Shown piece by piece: positions 9,346 through 19,035 of a stretch of DNA of 64,000 nt (positions are counted from its first letter, which is position 1; every line of letters begins with the position of its first letter). The notes beneath the pieces are model-generated. The model had not been told where the DNA came from, did no database searches, and saw nothing but the letters and a program-made list of their open reading frames with translations. The translations under genes and the position numbers were made by a program. Location of the stretch: the IMG/VR virus record IMGVR_UViG_3300020060_000009. One strand, given 5' to 3'. Origin of the DNA: a virus (Duplodnaviria; Heunggongvirae; Uroviricota; Caudoviricetes).

Positions 9346-10248
9346 CTAAAAACTATAATTAGGGTCGCCAAGTTGTGCAACATTTATTCCGTATACATCA
9401 CGAAGCATATTCGCTACTGCTACACGGTCATCGAACCATAAGAGGACATTGTATTTGCCAACAATATATTTCTCTATCATATCTGCTTTGACTAATGTGT
9501 CCTTAACTTGGTTGCCACGTTCATCTACATGTTCACTTCCACGCATATAGAGTTCATCGTATTCAATATCATTCTTCTCTAACCAAGCTTCTGTCTCTGG
9601 GCGACATACTTCATCACGGCCACTAAATATGAATAACTTTGCATGATTGATTAAAGTAACACCATCTAACATATGTGCGACACCTAAGTTGATATCATCG
9701 TTGCCAACTTTGTGCCACTCATAAGGAGAACGGTCTTTTGGGCCTAGCGTAAGAGTGCCGTCTAAGTCTGACACTACTACAAAAGGCAGTTCTGGGTCAT
9801 ATTTCAAGAAGGTGGGTAGCTTTTTAACAAAGCTATGGAACATCCCACGAATTACCTGTTCTCCTACCGAGTTATCTCTTGCTTTGTCACGTTCAATTAG
9901 TTCAGCGAGCGGGACATCGAGGAAATCCTTCTGCTCAACAGTAGCGCTAAATTCTCGCGCGATTGCGGAGAGTCCAGTGACATGTTTTGGATTGAGATTT
10001 GTATCGGAGCTAACAACATTTTTTCCTTGTGAAAGGGATTGACGAATGAGCCTATTTCTTTCTTTGAGAACAATCGACTCATCTCCTCTTTTGTGATTAT
10101 ATATCCCGTCTCGAAACAGACGTCCATCTCTTCTGATGTCATCTTTTTCAACACGAACCCACCCTTTTTCAACGAGTTCTTTGGCATAAGTGGTCTTTCC
10201 GCTTGCGGGCAACCCGCGCAGAATAAGAACTTTTAGTTTTTTTGTCAT
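9346..10248 (-). CDS. pnk: polynucleotide 5'-kinase/3'-phosphatase (T4 Pnk-like)
   Basis: N-terminal P-loop GLPASGKTT (kinase domain). C-terminal HAD motif VVVSDLDGTL (DxDGT) typical of the T4 Pnkp phosphatase domain. Confidence 0.8.
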   Translation of the reverse strand: MTKKLKVLILRGLPASGKTTYAKELVEKGWVRVEKDDIRRDGRLFRDGIYNHKRGDESIVLKERNRLIRQSLSQGKNVVSSDTNLNPKHVTGLSAIAREFSATVEQKDFLDVPLAELIERDKARDNSVGEQVIRGMFHSFVKKLPTFLKYDPELPFVVVSDLDGTLTLGPKDRSPYEWHKVGNDDINLGVAHMLDGVTLINHAKLFIFSGRDEVCRPETEAWLEKNDIEYDELYMRGSEHVDERGNQVKDTLVKADMIEKYIVGKYNVLLWFDDRVAVANMLRDVYGINVAQLGDPNYSF

Positions 10249-10254
10249 TTTTGT

Positions 10255-11538
10255 TTATACTTTTCCTTCTTCTTCCATGTCTAGAGTTCCCTCTGCCATG
10301 TTTTGGTTATCGTAACCCACGAAGGTAGCGCTCTTAGCTTTAAGAGTAAAGGGAGCAATTCCTTCTGCGCGGATTACCACGCCCTCATCACAAGGGCTAT
10401 CTTTATCTAGTGGGACAGCTCCTGGGAAGCCATCTTCTTTGTAACGGTGCATTTCTTCATGTCCAGCAAAGTCAATCCAGTCTTCTGGTTTAAACTCTTT
10501 GTACTTACCGCGCCATAGTAGTGGGACTACTTTCAGTTCACGGTCACGACAGAACTCTGCGATCTGGTCATAAGTCAGGTCGGCAACAACACCCTCTGGG
10601 TTAATCATTCCTACACGGTAAACGTATAAGTCTGCAACTCCCTGTGGAATCTGGTATGTGTACTTGCTCTGTAGTGGAGCACCCTCTGCTGTCCAGCCAA
10701 TAAGCTCACCATAGACCAAGTAGCCCTGTGGAATTTTGCCCATAAGCTTCTCACCTTCTGTGGACCAGATATCTGTGTCATAGAAGTGAACGTGGCTTGG
10801 ATTATTCTTGTCCTTAATAACACGGCGTGAACCGTAAACGTAGTCATACTCTTTTTCTTGGACAACTGCACCAATCTTCTTGGCAACTTTGTCCTTCCAT
10901 GTCATCTTGCGCTGCACGATAGTATTTGCAATACGAATAGATGTTCCGTGTAGTTTCTGTGTAACAGTAACATCTGCATTTTCAGGAATAACATGTGAGT
11001 TTTTGAAGTAGTTATCTGTGTCATAATGCTGTGGCAAGAACTTCTCATCAACACGGCTAAAGATTTTCTTGTTCTTCTCTAGTATTGTTTGTGCGCGAGT
11101 TGCCTTACGAATAAACTTCTTACAAATTTCATGGTCGCCAATGCGGTCAAACGTATCACCCTCAACGAATAATGAAGTATCTAACTTCTTAATGTAAGAG
11201 AGCGCACTTAGCTTGACCACAAGGGCATCCGAGCGATGACCACGCAGTTTAAGAGAGCGGATGTGTCGGTTATCTTCAAGATATCCAGACTCAGCCTGAT
11301 TCTCGTTCTTATCGTTGTGACGGTATAAGTTATTCTTGTAAGCAAATTCCTCTGAAAGCTGCGTACCTGCGGTAAATACCAATGCGAGGTCTCCGTAGTC
11401 AGAGGTCTTTGCTACAAGTGCTTGGCTTCCCAAAACTTGAAGTCCTACAAGGTTGTCTAAACCTTCTAGAGCCACAGGCTTTGGCAAGCGCACTATCACA
11501 CCTGCGTAGTCACTGTTTTCTGGTTCTAATAGTTTCAT
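10255..11538 (-). CDS. rnl: RNA ligase (Rnl2-like nucleotidyltransferase)
   Basis: Motif I QKLHGTSIR matches the KxHGxN covalent nucleotidyltransferase motif of T4 Rnl2-type ligases. Adjacent to pnk, the classic tRNA-repair pair. Confidence 0.65.
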   Translation of the reverse strand: MKLLEPENSDYAGVIVRLPKPVALEGLDNLVGLQVLGSQALVAKTSDYGDLALVFTAGTQLSEEFAYKNNLYRHNDKNENQAESGYLEDNRHIRSLKLRGHRSDALVVKLSALSYIKKLDTSLFVEGDTFDRIGDHEICKKFIRKATRAQTILEKNKKIFSRVDEKFLPQHYDTDNYFKNSHVIPENADVTVTQKLHGTSIRIANTIVQRKMTWKDKVAKKIGAVVQEKEYDYVYGSRRVIKDKNNPSHVHFYDTDIWSTEGEKLMGKIPQGYLVYGELIGWTAEGAPLQSKYTYQIPQGVADLYVYRVGMINPEGVVADLTYDQIAEFCRDRELKVVPLLWRGKYKEFKPEDWIDFAGHEEMHRYKEDGFPGAVPLDKDSPCDEGVVIRAEGIAPFTLKAKSATFVGYDNQNMAEGTLDMEEEGKV

Positions 11539-11603
11539 TTTGTTTTTCTCTCTTTGTTTCTGTTACTATTTTACGACACTAAAATAAAAAAAGCAATAGC
11601 ATT

Positions 11604-12383
11604 TTATAAACCAGCATGCCAAACATTACTACGGCCTAAGGGAGTTAAGTTAATCACCATAGAATCATTAGTAGCTTCAACCCATAATGTTTTGCCGTTC
11701 TTCTCTGTTAGATGAGTGACAGGTACGAACCAATCTATATAATTTTTCCAACCTAATTGCCTAAATTCTATTGCCATATTTACATCAGGACCGAGTCCAT
11801 TGCTTGAACCAAATTTGTGCATCTTATATAAATCAGCTCTGATTAAAGCACAATACAATCCACAGGCATCCACCTCTTCTACCTCGGTTGTCCCTACTTT
11901 GTTTTTCATAGATGTTATCTTTCGAGGATTATCTATATTATCAACTTTCCATGCGCCAACATATGGTGTTCCCCACCGTCCTAGTTCAACACCAGTAACA
12001 ACACCAACTGCTGGATAATTTTGGACATCGTTAACAAGCCAAGATAAAGCATTTTCAGGTAAAATTCCATCATCTTCAATTGAGAATATCCACTCAATAT
12101 CTTCTCCAATCAAACTTTTAATCTGATTATGAATTGAGCTAATTCTAGCCCTGCGTTGTGGGATTGTAACGGCTGAATCACCCCAGTTATTTGACCTAAC
12201 GCATAGTACGTCATTTAGGGGCAATGACGCAAGTTTATTATGAACTTTGATATATAAGTCATTCGAGCCGTCAACGACCACTAGAAGCGCTGTACGCTCC
12301 TCGTATGACTGGTTTAATAGTGATTCAAGTACAAGATCAAGGTAGGTCAGGCGACTTACTGGCAGTATTGTTAATATTTTCAT
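11604..12383 (-). CDS. family 2 glycosyltransferase
   Basis: VVVDGSND and a DxD-like EDDG. Overall GT-A fold pattern. Confidence 0.6.
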   Translation of the reverse strand: MKILTILPVSRLTYLDLVLESLLNQSYEERTALLVVVDGSNDLYIKVHNKLASLPLNDVLCVRSNNWGDSAVTIPQRRARISSIHNQIKSLIGEDIEWIFSIEDDGILPENALSWLVNDVQNYPAVGVVTGVELGRWGTPYVGAWKVDNIDNPRKITSMKNKVGTTEVEEVDACGLYCALIRADLYKMHKFGSSNGLGPDVNMAIEFRQLGWKNYIDWFVPVTHLTEKNGKTLWVEATNDSMVINLTPLGRSNVWHAGL

Positions 12384-12567
12384 TTTGTATTTTTAGTATT
12401 TCATTGTATTGTTTTAATATATCTTTTGATTCACGAACAGCTTTATCCCATTCACGATTTGGTGATTTGGCGCTAATAGCCTTGATATAAAGAGGCTCTG
12501 ACAAAACAGCGCGTAATAGCACAGCTAGTTTCGCATCAATTATTTCTAATCTCTCTTCTACTGTCAT
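12337..12567 (-). CDS. hypothetical small protein
   Basis: 76-aa ORF overlapping the neighbouring gene ends. Confidence 0.3.
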   Translation of the reverse strand: MTVEERLEIIDAKLAVLLRAVLSEPLYIKAISAKSPNREWDKAVRESKDILKQYNEILKIQNENINNTASKSPDLP

Positions 12568-13265
12568 TTTGTTTTAATTTTCTTAAATTTTTTGCCATTA
12601 ACTATCTCGAGCATTGTGTGGTCACCATAAGGCGTTCCATCCGCATAGGTAGAGAATGTATCAATACACCAAATATCCTTTGCAACTTCCCAACAAGTTT
12701 CACTAGGAGTATGACCAAACACCTGGGGAATTTGCGCATAACTTCCCCAACTTGGACGAACCCATAGAGGAGAATGATCTTGCCATAGATCATCCATCTC
12801 GTTAGTACCATTCCAGCCGTGTGCTATACCAGCATGTGAAAAAGTTACACCATCCTCTTCTAGAGTAATAGGTAGGCCAAGTAACCAGTCTTTTAGGTAT
12901 TTATACGCTGGCGCATTGATAGAAAGTTGTGTTACGGCGTTATAACCACTTTGTAGACTTGGAGTTTTGTTGACGTATATAAAATCATGGTTACCAAGAA
13001 CAAGCTTTACTTTGTCTTCGTTAGCTTGTTGCAACATAAAAAGTCTATGCCATGTATCAATGGATTCAAGACCGTCTTTACCAAAGTCGTCAGCATAATC
13101 TCCAACAAAAATAACACGATCATACTTAGGAAGCAGTTTTTCAACTCTATCTATTACAAATTGTTTCGTATGCACATCACCGACTGCTAATATTTTCATC
13201 TTGTTCCTTAATAAGTTTTTGTTCTTGATATTCGTTATATCTTCTTGCACCCTCTTCTGCATCAC
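12564..13265 (-). CDS. calcineurin-like metallophosphoesterase
   Basis: Motifs GDVH, GDYADD and GNHD in order, the classic Ser/Thr phosphatase / phosphoesterase signature. Confidence 0.75.
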   Translation of the reverse strand: MMQKRVQEDITNIKNKNLLRNKMKILAVGDVHTKQFVIDRVEKLLPKYDRVIFVGDYADDFGKDGLESIDTWHRLFMLQQANEDKVKLVLGNHDFIYVNKTPSLQSGYNAVTQLSINAPAYKYLKDWLLGLPITLEEDGVTFSHAGIAHGWNGTNEMDDLWQDHSPLWVRPSWGSYAQIPQVFGHTPSETCWEVAKDIWCIDTFSTYADGTPYGDHTMLEIVNGKKFKKIKTK

Positions 13266-13419
13266 CCTTGATTTTTTCTCTAGACTCGATTATTAAATCA
13301 ATAATCTTATTATTTTCGTCAACAGAAACTTGAGCTATTTCGTTACGTTGAAACAGAGAACGACTTTCCCCATCTACCATGTAAAAAGCATCTGTAGTCA
13401 TGTAACTACGCAAGGTCAT
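13177..13419 (-). CDS. hypothetical small protein
   Basis: 80-aa ORF. Confidence 0.3.
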   Translation of the reverse strand: MTLRSYMTTDAFYMVDGESRSLFQRNEIAQVSVDENNKIIDLIIESREKIKGDAEEGARRYNEYQEQKLIKEQDENISSR

Positions 13420-14440
13420 TGATCAGTTTCTCCCATTTTCCCTCAAGCTCATAATTAGAGAACTCTTCGTACCCTATATTATATGCTATCTTCTTCTCTG
13501 CTTGCAAGTCCTTTTTTGCTAAAAAGTCTAATCTCTGCCCTAAAGTAGCGTGGTTAACAGTGTAAAGATCAATTAAAGTTCTCGTCATAAACTTACCTGT
13601 TTCCGTAGCGGGGGTTAACCAATGTTGAGGTAATATTTTATCATTGGGCGAAATATCGGTCATAAGAACGGGCATTCCGGCACAGAGCGCTTCTGTCATT
13701 GGCAAACATTGTCCACCGTATCGTCTAGGAAGAATCATGGCATCAAAATCACGATACAATTCCACTTCATTTTCTGGACTTGATGTGTCAATTGTAATTC
13801 TTGGATCGTTATAAGTATTTACAACACCACCAACTTGTGTCTTAATTACTAATTCAAAGTCTTCACCACTATAGCGCATAGCTCTAATGAGGTCTTCTGT
13901 CCCATTACGATCATTTACTGCTTGTCTCCCCATGATATGCAAGAAGCGTTTTCTGCCCGTGCGTTTTAGGTTATGTTCTCTGACTTCTTTAAAGTCATCA
14001 ACAAACACAGGCGTGGGGAGATATTCGACACTGCCCCATAATGAACGTGCATCTGCTAAATGCCATCTACTAGGAGAAATAAGTTTATCGGGTAAAGTTA
14101 GTTCAGGTTGACGAAGATAATCAGCGAACTCCCAGTTGTATTGGTTGATTGTTTTGACTCCCATATGCTTTGCAAGGTCTACAAATCTAGTATTGTAAAA
14201 AATCTCACAAGTGATAACAATATCTATACCGCGAAGCCACTCTATAACCTGCTGGTTAGTCGGGAATCCGTTTATCTCCGTGACACTATATGTAGCATAG
14301 GTATCTGGATATTGTTTATTGCCGTTAAAAAATGAGCTGTTAATAAGCATAATCTCGTCTGGGCGAATCATCCGTGCTAAGTTGCGAGTCTGATTGCCCA
14401 AGCCAGTTCTATCACTTCGTGCTATTAGTCCAATTCTCAT
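13406..14440 (-). CDS. putative glycosyltransferase (GT-B like)
   Basis: 344 aa with a Rossmann-like N-terminus and an E-x7-E-like C-terminal region. Weak assignment; sits in a glycosylation cluster. Confidence 0.45.
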   Translation of the reverse strand: MRIGLIARSDRTGLGNQTRNLARMIRPDEIMLINSSFFNGNKQYPDTYATYSVTEINGFPTNQQVIEWLRGIDIVITCEIFYNTRFVDLAKHMGVKTINQYNWEFADYLRQPELTLPDKLISPSRWHLADARSLWGSVEYLPTPVFVDDFKEVREHNLKRTGRKRFLHIMGRQAVNDRNGTEDLIRAMRYSGEDFELVIKTQVGGVVNTYNDPRITIDTSSPENEVELYRDFDAMILPRRYGGQCLPMTEALCAGMPVLMTDISPNDKILPQHWLTPATETGKFMTRTLIDLYTVNHATLGQRLDFLAKKDLQAEKKIAYNIGYEEFSNYELEGKWEKLINDLA

Positions 14441-14646
14441 CTTATGCGCTCCACTTTAGATATATCTACAAATATATGCAGTTTCATCCAACAATCAAGT
14501 CTACTCGGAGGTTTAACCCTTGTAGGATTTGCAATTGGCATAAACCCAGGTATCTCAACAATTTTTCTTTTGCCACAACCAATGCAAACCACAATGCGTT
14601 CAACTCGATTAACGTTTTGTTTTCTCACTTGATATTTAGCTCTCAT
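14437..14646 (-). CDS. small Cys-containing protein
   Basis: 69-aa ORF with CIGCGKRK. Confidence 0.3.
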   Translation of the reverse strand: MRAKYQVRKQNVNRVERIVVCIGCGKRKIVEIPGFMPIANPTRVKPPSRLDCWMKLHIFVDISKVERIR

Positions 14647-15203
14647 TTTGTCGCCTCAAATACGAGGCTCTCTTTTGGCCGTGTATCATATTCACTACTT
14701 TCCAGTTGTACTACTTTCCGGAACCCCGCTTCTTCCAATACTTTCGCCATTCTTGCTGGTGTATATAGAGAATCCCTTGTGCTGTAGCCAGAGATAGCGA
14801 AACAAAGCTTATCGTCAATAGAACCCTCATCAATCGGTATGTCTTCACTTCGCCCCTCCTCATAAGATTTAAATACTTTTAGCAAATCCATATCAATCAC
14901 AACCAGCTTTGCTCCTGGCTTTAATGTTCTGTGGATGTTAATTAGCGCTTTATGCACAAGATAGTCGTTCATTGTACATAGCACATGGTTAATAACACCG
15001 CCGTCGAAACGCTCGATGTATTTATCTTCTGGTGTTTGTGTCATGTCCCAGTAATGGAAACTATCATTGCCAATGCTGCCATTGACAAAGATAGAATCAA
15101 AGTTATACCACTTCTCTTCCTCAGTACTTTCTTTTAAATCTGGTCCAGAACCGTAGTTAGCAAATTTAAACGGAAACATTTTTGCCCCACATGTTTGTAG
15201 CAA
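14643..15203 (-). CDS. class I SAM-dependent methyltransferase (putative)
   Basis: Rossmann-like core HVLCTMNDYLVHKALINIHRTLKPGAKLVV resembles the Methyltransf_11 C-terminal motifs. Confidence 0.45.
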   Translation of the reverse strand: MLQTCGAKMFPFKFANYGSGPDLKESTEEEKWYNFDSIFVNGSIGNDSFHYWDMTQTPEDKYIERFDGGVINHVLCTMNDYLVHKALINIHRTLKPGAKLVVIDMDLLKVFKSYEEGRSEDIPIDEGSIDDKLCFAISGYSTRDSLYTPARMAKVLEEAGFRKVVQLESSEYDTRPKESLVFEATK

Positions 15204-15648
15204 TCAGTTGTGCTCTTTTTTCATTTGCTATCTTTATAGCATGTTTTTTGTTTTTAGCCAAAACATCTATCCCCATAACCCATTCACCATTGTGCAATTT
15301 ATCTTCGTCTTTACCATGTGACCATCTTTCTCCGGTGTGGAAATGAGGGTATTCATGCTTAATAAAATTTGGTGTATCTAAATCCCATGAATATCTATCG
15401 CTACCGTGTTCATACACATCAAAGTCAGCAGGGTTTTGAGGCAATTCGCCGTTTTCAAACATATTAACATAAAAAATCTTATAACCATTTTGAATATAAC
15501 TTGGTGCTTCTGGATTAAGCGGATATTCTTCTACTCTTCTCTCGTAGAAAGCACCAGCAAAAAGTTCCGCCTTTTTTTCATCAGTAAATACACCAACTAT
15601 ATGATAGTCAGAGTAATCACCTTCCGTCACTACATAAGCATTATTCAT
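15166..15648 (-). CDS. hypothetical protein
   Basis: 160-aa ORF. Confidence 0.4.
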   Translation of the reverse strand: MNNAYVVTEGDYSDYHIVGVFTDEKKAELFAGAFYERRVEEYPLNPEAPSYIQNGYKIFYVNMFENGELPQNPADFDVYEHGSDRYSWDLDTPNFIKHEYPHFHTGERWSHGKDEDKLHNGEWVMGIDVLAKNKKHAIKIANEKRAQLIATNMWGKNVSV

Positions 15649-16286
15649 ATTTTATAAAACCTTTCCGGTACATACATTAAATATGGGTCTAAAATACCTG
15701 TCCCTATTTGTGAGCTGTAACACATAAGCGCTCTTATCTTATCTGCCATACGAGATTTCTCTTGAATTGTACGGGCTGGCTTGTATGCAATACCTAATTC
15801 TTTTAACCTAGTTGGAACAAGCTCTGGTTCTGTGACACGAATTGGCAAGTCCTCCCATAGCATGACTGGCAAGTCGGTCTCTAAGCTAAGAACTGCGTCG
15901 CTTACCCTTAAATGGTCTGGGTGCCCTAACCCAAGTGGGGCATAAATTCCTTCATATTCTCCACCATCTACAATTCTTTGCAGCACTTCTGCTATCTCTG
16001 ATTGTGTCACATCTTCGCCGTATTGTCCATCAGGAAAATCTAGGTCTACATTTGTCGCGCTTAATAAGGCAGTGGCAGCATCATTCTCTCGGCGACGTTC
16101 TGAAACTGCATCTTGGGCATTTTTGAACCCGCACTTTAAATCGTAAGGGGTTACTACAGTCTCCGAAGCATCTGGATATCCACCGAAAACGGTAACAACA
16201 GTAGTATCAGGGCGTTCTGCCATGAATTGACCAGCGCTAAGGATAGCGTCATCGAAGTGGGGGCTAATTATGAGTAACTTATTCAC
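15645..16286 (-). CDS. PIG-L / LmbE family N-acetylglucosaminyl deacetylase
   Basis: ISPHFDDAILSAG near the N-terminus and GHPDH, the PIG-L zinc-binding motifs. Confidence 0.7.
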   Translation of the reverse strand: MNKLLIISPHFDDAILSAGQFMAERPDTTVVTVFGGYPDASETVVTPYDLKCGFKNAQDAVSERRRENDAATALLSATNVDLDFPDGQYGEDVTQSEIAEVLQRIVDGGEYEGIYAPLGLGHPDHLRVSDAVLSLETDLPVMLWEDLPIRVTEPELVPTRLKELGIAYKPARTIQEKSRMADKIRALMCYSSQIGTGILDPYLMYVPERFYKI

Positions 16287-16388
16287 TTTCTACCTCTGCC
16301 AAAACAAAATATGATGGCGTCTCTGTTTCGCCTAACGGGATTGGTGGTTTAATGATCTCCCATTTGCTTCCATCATCAGCTGTAATTA

Positions 16389-17939
16389 TCATATCTTTTC
16401 CATCCAGAATCTAATATTATGGTTTTCCAACTCCTCACTTTTTACACTAAACTTACATTTACTATAAAAACCAGTTGTCTTTCCGTAGTGCTTTGTCGGG
16501 TCAAAGAAGTCCATAGACTGAATATCAAACCCTCTTACATGTGTCGGGTCAATCCATAAGAACTCTGCTTTCCAGCCTGGAGTCTGTATATACAATATCC
16601 CACCTGGCTTCAAAATACGATGACATTCTTCCAGAAACTTAATAACGCCATGATCTTCGCCGATATAAGGAGGAAGATGCTCAATAACATCAACTGCTTT
16701 GATCTCGCTAGCAGAATTGTCTTCAAATGGATAAGGAAATTTCATCAAATTATGGACAACATCTATGTTCGGCAAGTCGATCATATCCACATTAATCCAA
16801 CCCGGAAATGCGTCTTCACCTGCCCCTAAGTTTATTCTTAAATCTGGCTTAATTTCTATTGCTGTTGAATCTTTATCAATTGGTTTAATAGGTGACAATG
16901 GTTTGCCTTTCATTTCTTGTGTTGCTGTTATTGTTGTCGCTTTGTCAGAAACCTCAAAAACGTCGCCTGTGTGGGACTTTGGATCACCAAACGCCCCTTC
17001 GTCGTCTAAAGTATCTAAGAGGGCTTGTAGGCGCTTAGAATACGTCTGAGAGGACTTTACGAACTCGTGTCCTGCCTTGCGAATTGCTTCACGCTCTTCA
17101 TCATGCTCTAAATAGTAATTTATCTTCTCATCAAGCTCTTCAAAATTTCCGTATTCATAAAAGACTGCATTTACATTTTCTTGAAAAAGATCAGCCACAC
17201 CTTCAATCCGAGGATATATAGTGAAAGCACCGCGACCAATACTTTCAAAGAGACGATCTGACGTATAGTTTTTGTGTTTGAATCCAATATTGACAGAGTC
17301 ACCAACAGCGATTTTAGAGTTTGCATAAAGTTGATTAAGCTCTGTACCCCTGACTGTTCGTTGTGGATGTCCAAACTTTTTATATCTTTCTCCATACTTA
17401 TCCTCCAAATGTTTTACTAACTCGTAACGATAAGCCCATTCTTTGTGGCCGTATTCTGCACCTCCACCAACAAAGATGACATCTCCGCTTAATGAAGCAT
17501 CATTGTTTGGAGGGAGCATGATACACTCTTGTTCAAACACGCCGGGAAGAAGCCAGTAATGATTAATTCCTTTACTGTCGAAGAAAGCTTGTGATTCAGG
17601 ATCGCCATCTGCACTAAATACATATTCAGTTCTCCAAAACGGATCGCTCTCAATACCAGATTGTCTAGAAAGGCCAACATAAAGATCAAGGTGATAAGAA
17701 GCTGTTGGAATACCTCGCTCCTTTAATATCGCAAGATCAGCAAGTGTTACCATTTTGCCCCAAGTACGTGTATATAGAAATAGATCGGTGTCCTCTGGCA
17801 CTCTTTGAAGCCAAGATGGGTCATGATGAGCAAGTTCTTGGATGCGAACAACTTCATGACCCATGCTCTCAAGGGTCTTAGCGATATGGTTTTCTGTAGT
17901 GAAGTCTACACTATAATTTCCAACGTATGTTATTTTCAT
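16389..17939 (-). CDS. bifunctional glycosyltransferase / SAM-dependent methyltransferase (predicted)
   Basis: 516 aa. N-terminal 300 aa are GT-like. C-terminal VDVIEHLPP...ILKPGGILYIQTP is a Methyltransf_11/23 signature. Confidence 0.55.
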   Translation of the reverse strand: MKITYVGNYSVDFTTENHIAKTLESMGHEVVRIQELAHHDPSWLQRVPEDTDLFLYTRTWGKMVTLADLAILKERGIPTASYHLDLYVGLSRQSGIESDPFWRTEYVFSADGDPESQAFFDSKGINHYWLLPGVFEQECIMLPPNNDASLSGDVIFVGGGAEYGHKEWAYRYELVKHLEDKYGERYKKFGHPQRTVRGTELNQLYANSKIAVGDSVNIGFKHKNYTSDRLFESIGRGAFTIYPRIEGVADLFQENVNAVFYEYGNFEELDEKINYYLEHDEEREAIRKAGHEFVKSSQTYSKRLQALLDTLDDEGAFGDPKSHTGDVFEVSDKATTITATQEMKGKPLSPIKPIDKDSTAIEIKPDLRINLGAGEDAFPGWINVDMIDLPNIDVVHNLMKFPYPFEDNSASEIKAVDVIEHLPPYIGEDHGVIKFLEECHRILKPGGILYIQTPGWKAEFLWIDPTHVRGFDIQSMDFFDPTKHYGKTTGFYSKCKFSVKSEELENHNIRFWMEKI

Positions 17940-18196
17940 TTTTTTGTCCTTTTATTTACTGCGCGATATGCTGGTATAACACCAAGTCCTATCAGCTCTG
18001 CTGTATGTATAACGCCATCTTCGTCTGGAAAATCAGATATATAAGCCGGACTCAGTACCCAAATATTATCGCTATTTGGTCCACTCATCTCAAGGTTTTC
18101 TTCATATTCTTTCTTGAACTTTGGAGTAAATGTAACATAACCAATTATTTCTTTATCATTAAAGTCTTTTGTTATAGGAATTTCAAACACGTTCAC
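17936..18196 (-). CDS. hypothetical protein
   Basis: 86-aa ORF. Confidence 0.4.
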   Translation of the reverse strand: MNVFEIPITKDFNDKEIIGYVTFTPKFKKEYEENLEMSGPNSDNIWVLSPAYISDFPDEDGVIHTAELIGLGVIPAYRAVNKRTKK

Positions 18197-18557
18197 CGCC
18201 TAAATCTGTAGTATCGCTTTTTCTTGGTACTTTAAAAGCCAAGATACCATTGGAATTTAATAGATCACAAACATCCTGTCGGTCATCGAAGAACATCTCA
18301 ATGCCTAGCTCTTGACATTTAGCAAGCTTAAGCTCTGGGGACTCACGAGACTTCCTAAACACTACTTCGTGTACCTTATTTGAGGGAAAGTTAGGCCATT
18401 TACTCTTTACGTCAGCAGCGATTGTACCCACTCTTGTCTTACCAATAGCACTGATAACATGCACTTCATGGCCAGTCTCAACTAATCCATCAGCAATCAT
18501 CCACATCTCATCTGGATAGTGGCTAATAACCTGCCAATAATCAAATCCAACTACCAT
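18183..18557 (-). CDS. hypothetical protein
   Basis: 124-aa ORF. Confidence 0.4.
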   Translation of the reverse strand: MVVGFDYWQVISHYPDEMWMIADGLVETGHEVHVISAIGKTRVGTIAADVKSKWPNFPSNKVHEVVFRKSRESPELKLAKCQELGIEMFFDDRQDVCDLLNSNGILAFKVPRKSDTTDLGGERV

Positions 18558-18775
18558 TAGTAATCATCCCCTTTCTTTACCCATAATGAAATAAGCCAAC
18601 CGATACCAGAAAGGATAAGAATAACTACTAAGAAAAATAATCCAATAATAAACAAAGGAGGGACAGCTATACAAATTGCGAGTCCTATTAGACCCATGAT
18701 AACGTAAGTACAGAACATTACACGCTGTTCTTGCGTTCTTGTGTATTTTTTCCACAATGTCTTAATATTTGTCAT
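18557..18775 (-). CDS. small membrane protein
   Basis: 72 aa with two hydrophobic helices. Confidence 0.45.
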   Translation of the reverse strand: MTNIKTLWKKYTRTQEQRVMFCTYVIMGLIGLAICIAVPPLFIIGLFFLVVILILSGIGWLISLWVKKGDDY

Positions 18776-19035
18776 TTTTCAAATCTCCAATTACCATATT
18801 TCATTCTATTATCCAAAACTATTCTTATCCCAAATACCGTAGAGTTAGGGTCAAAAGGTCTATCTTTTGTTTTATCAACTTCTACATTTTCCAAATCTGC
18901 TGTTGCCATATCATAAAAGTCATTAAATGTCTTTTGAGAAAGTTTTAGCCTAGAGGGAGGAACCTGTATATCATCTATTGCGCGGATAAGATTAGCGAAT
19001 GTAATTGGCTCTGTGTTCATTATTCTGTTATCCAA
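18772..19035 (-). CDS. hypothetical protein
   Basis: 87-aa ORF. Confidence 0.4.
   Translation of the reverse strand: MDNRIMNTEPITFANLIRAIDDIQVPPSRLKLSQKTFNDFYDMATADLENVEVDKTKDRPFDPNSTVFGIRIVLDNRMKYGNWRFEK

Noticed and set aside
14437-14646. Small Cys-containing ORF as a regulatory zinc-finger gene
   Set aside because: Only 69 aa with weak coding signal, overlapping two neighbouring genes. Kept as a low-confidence CDS only.
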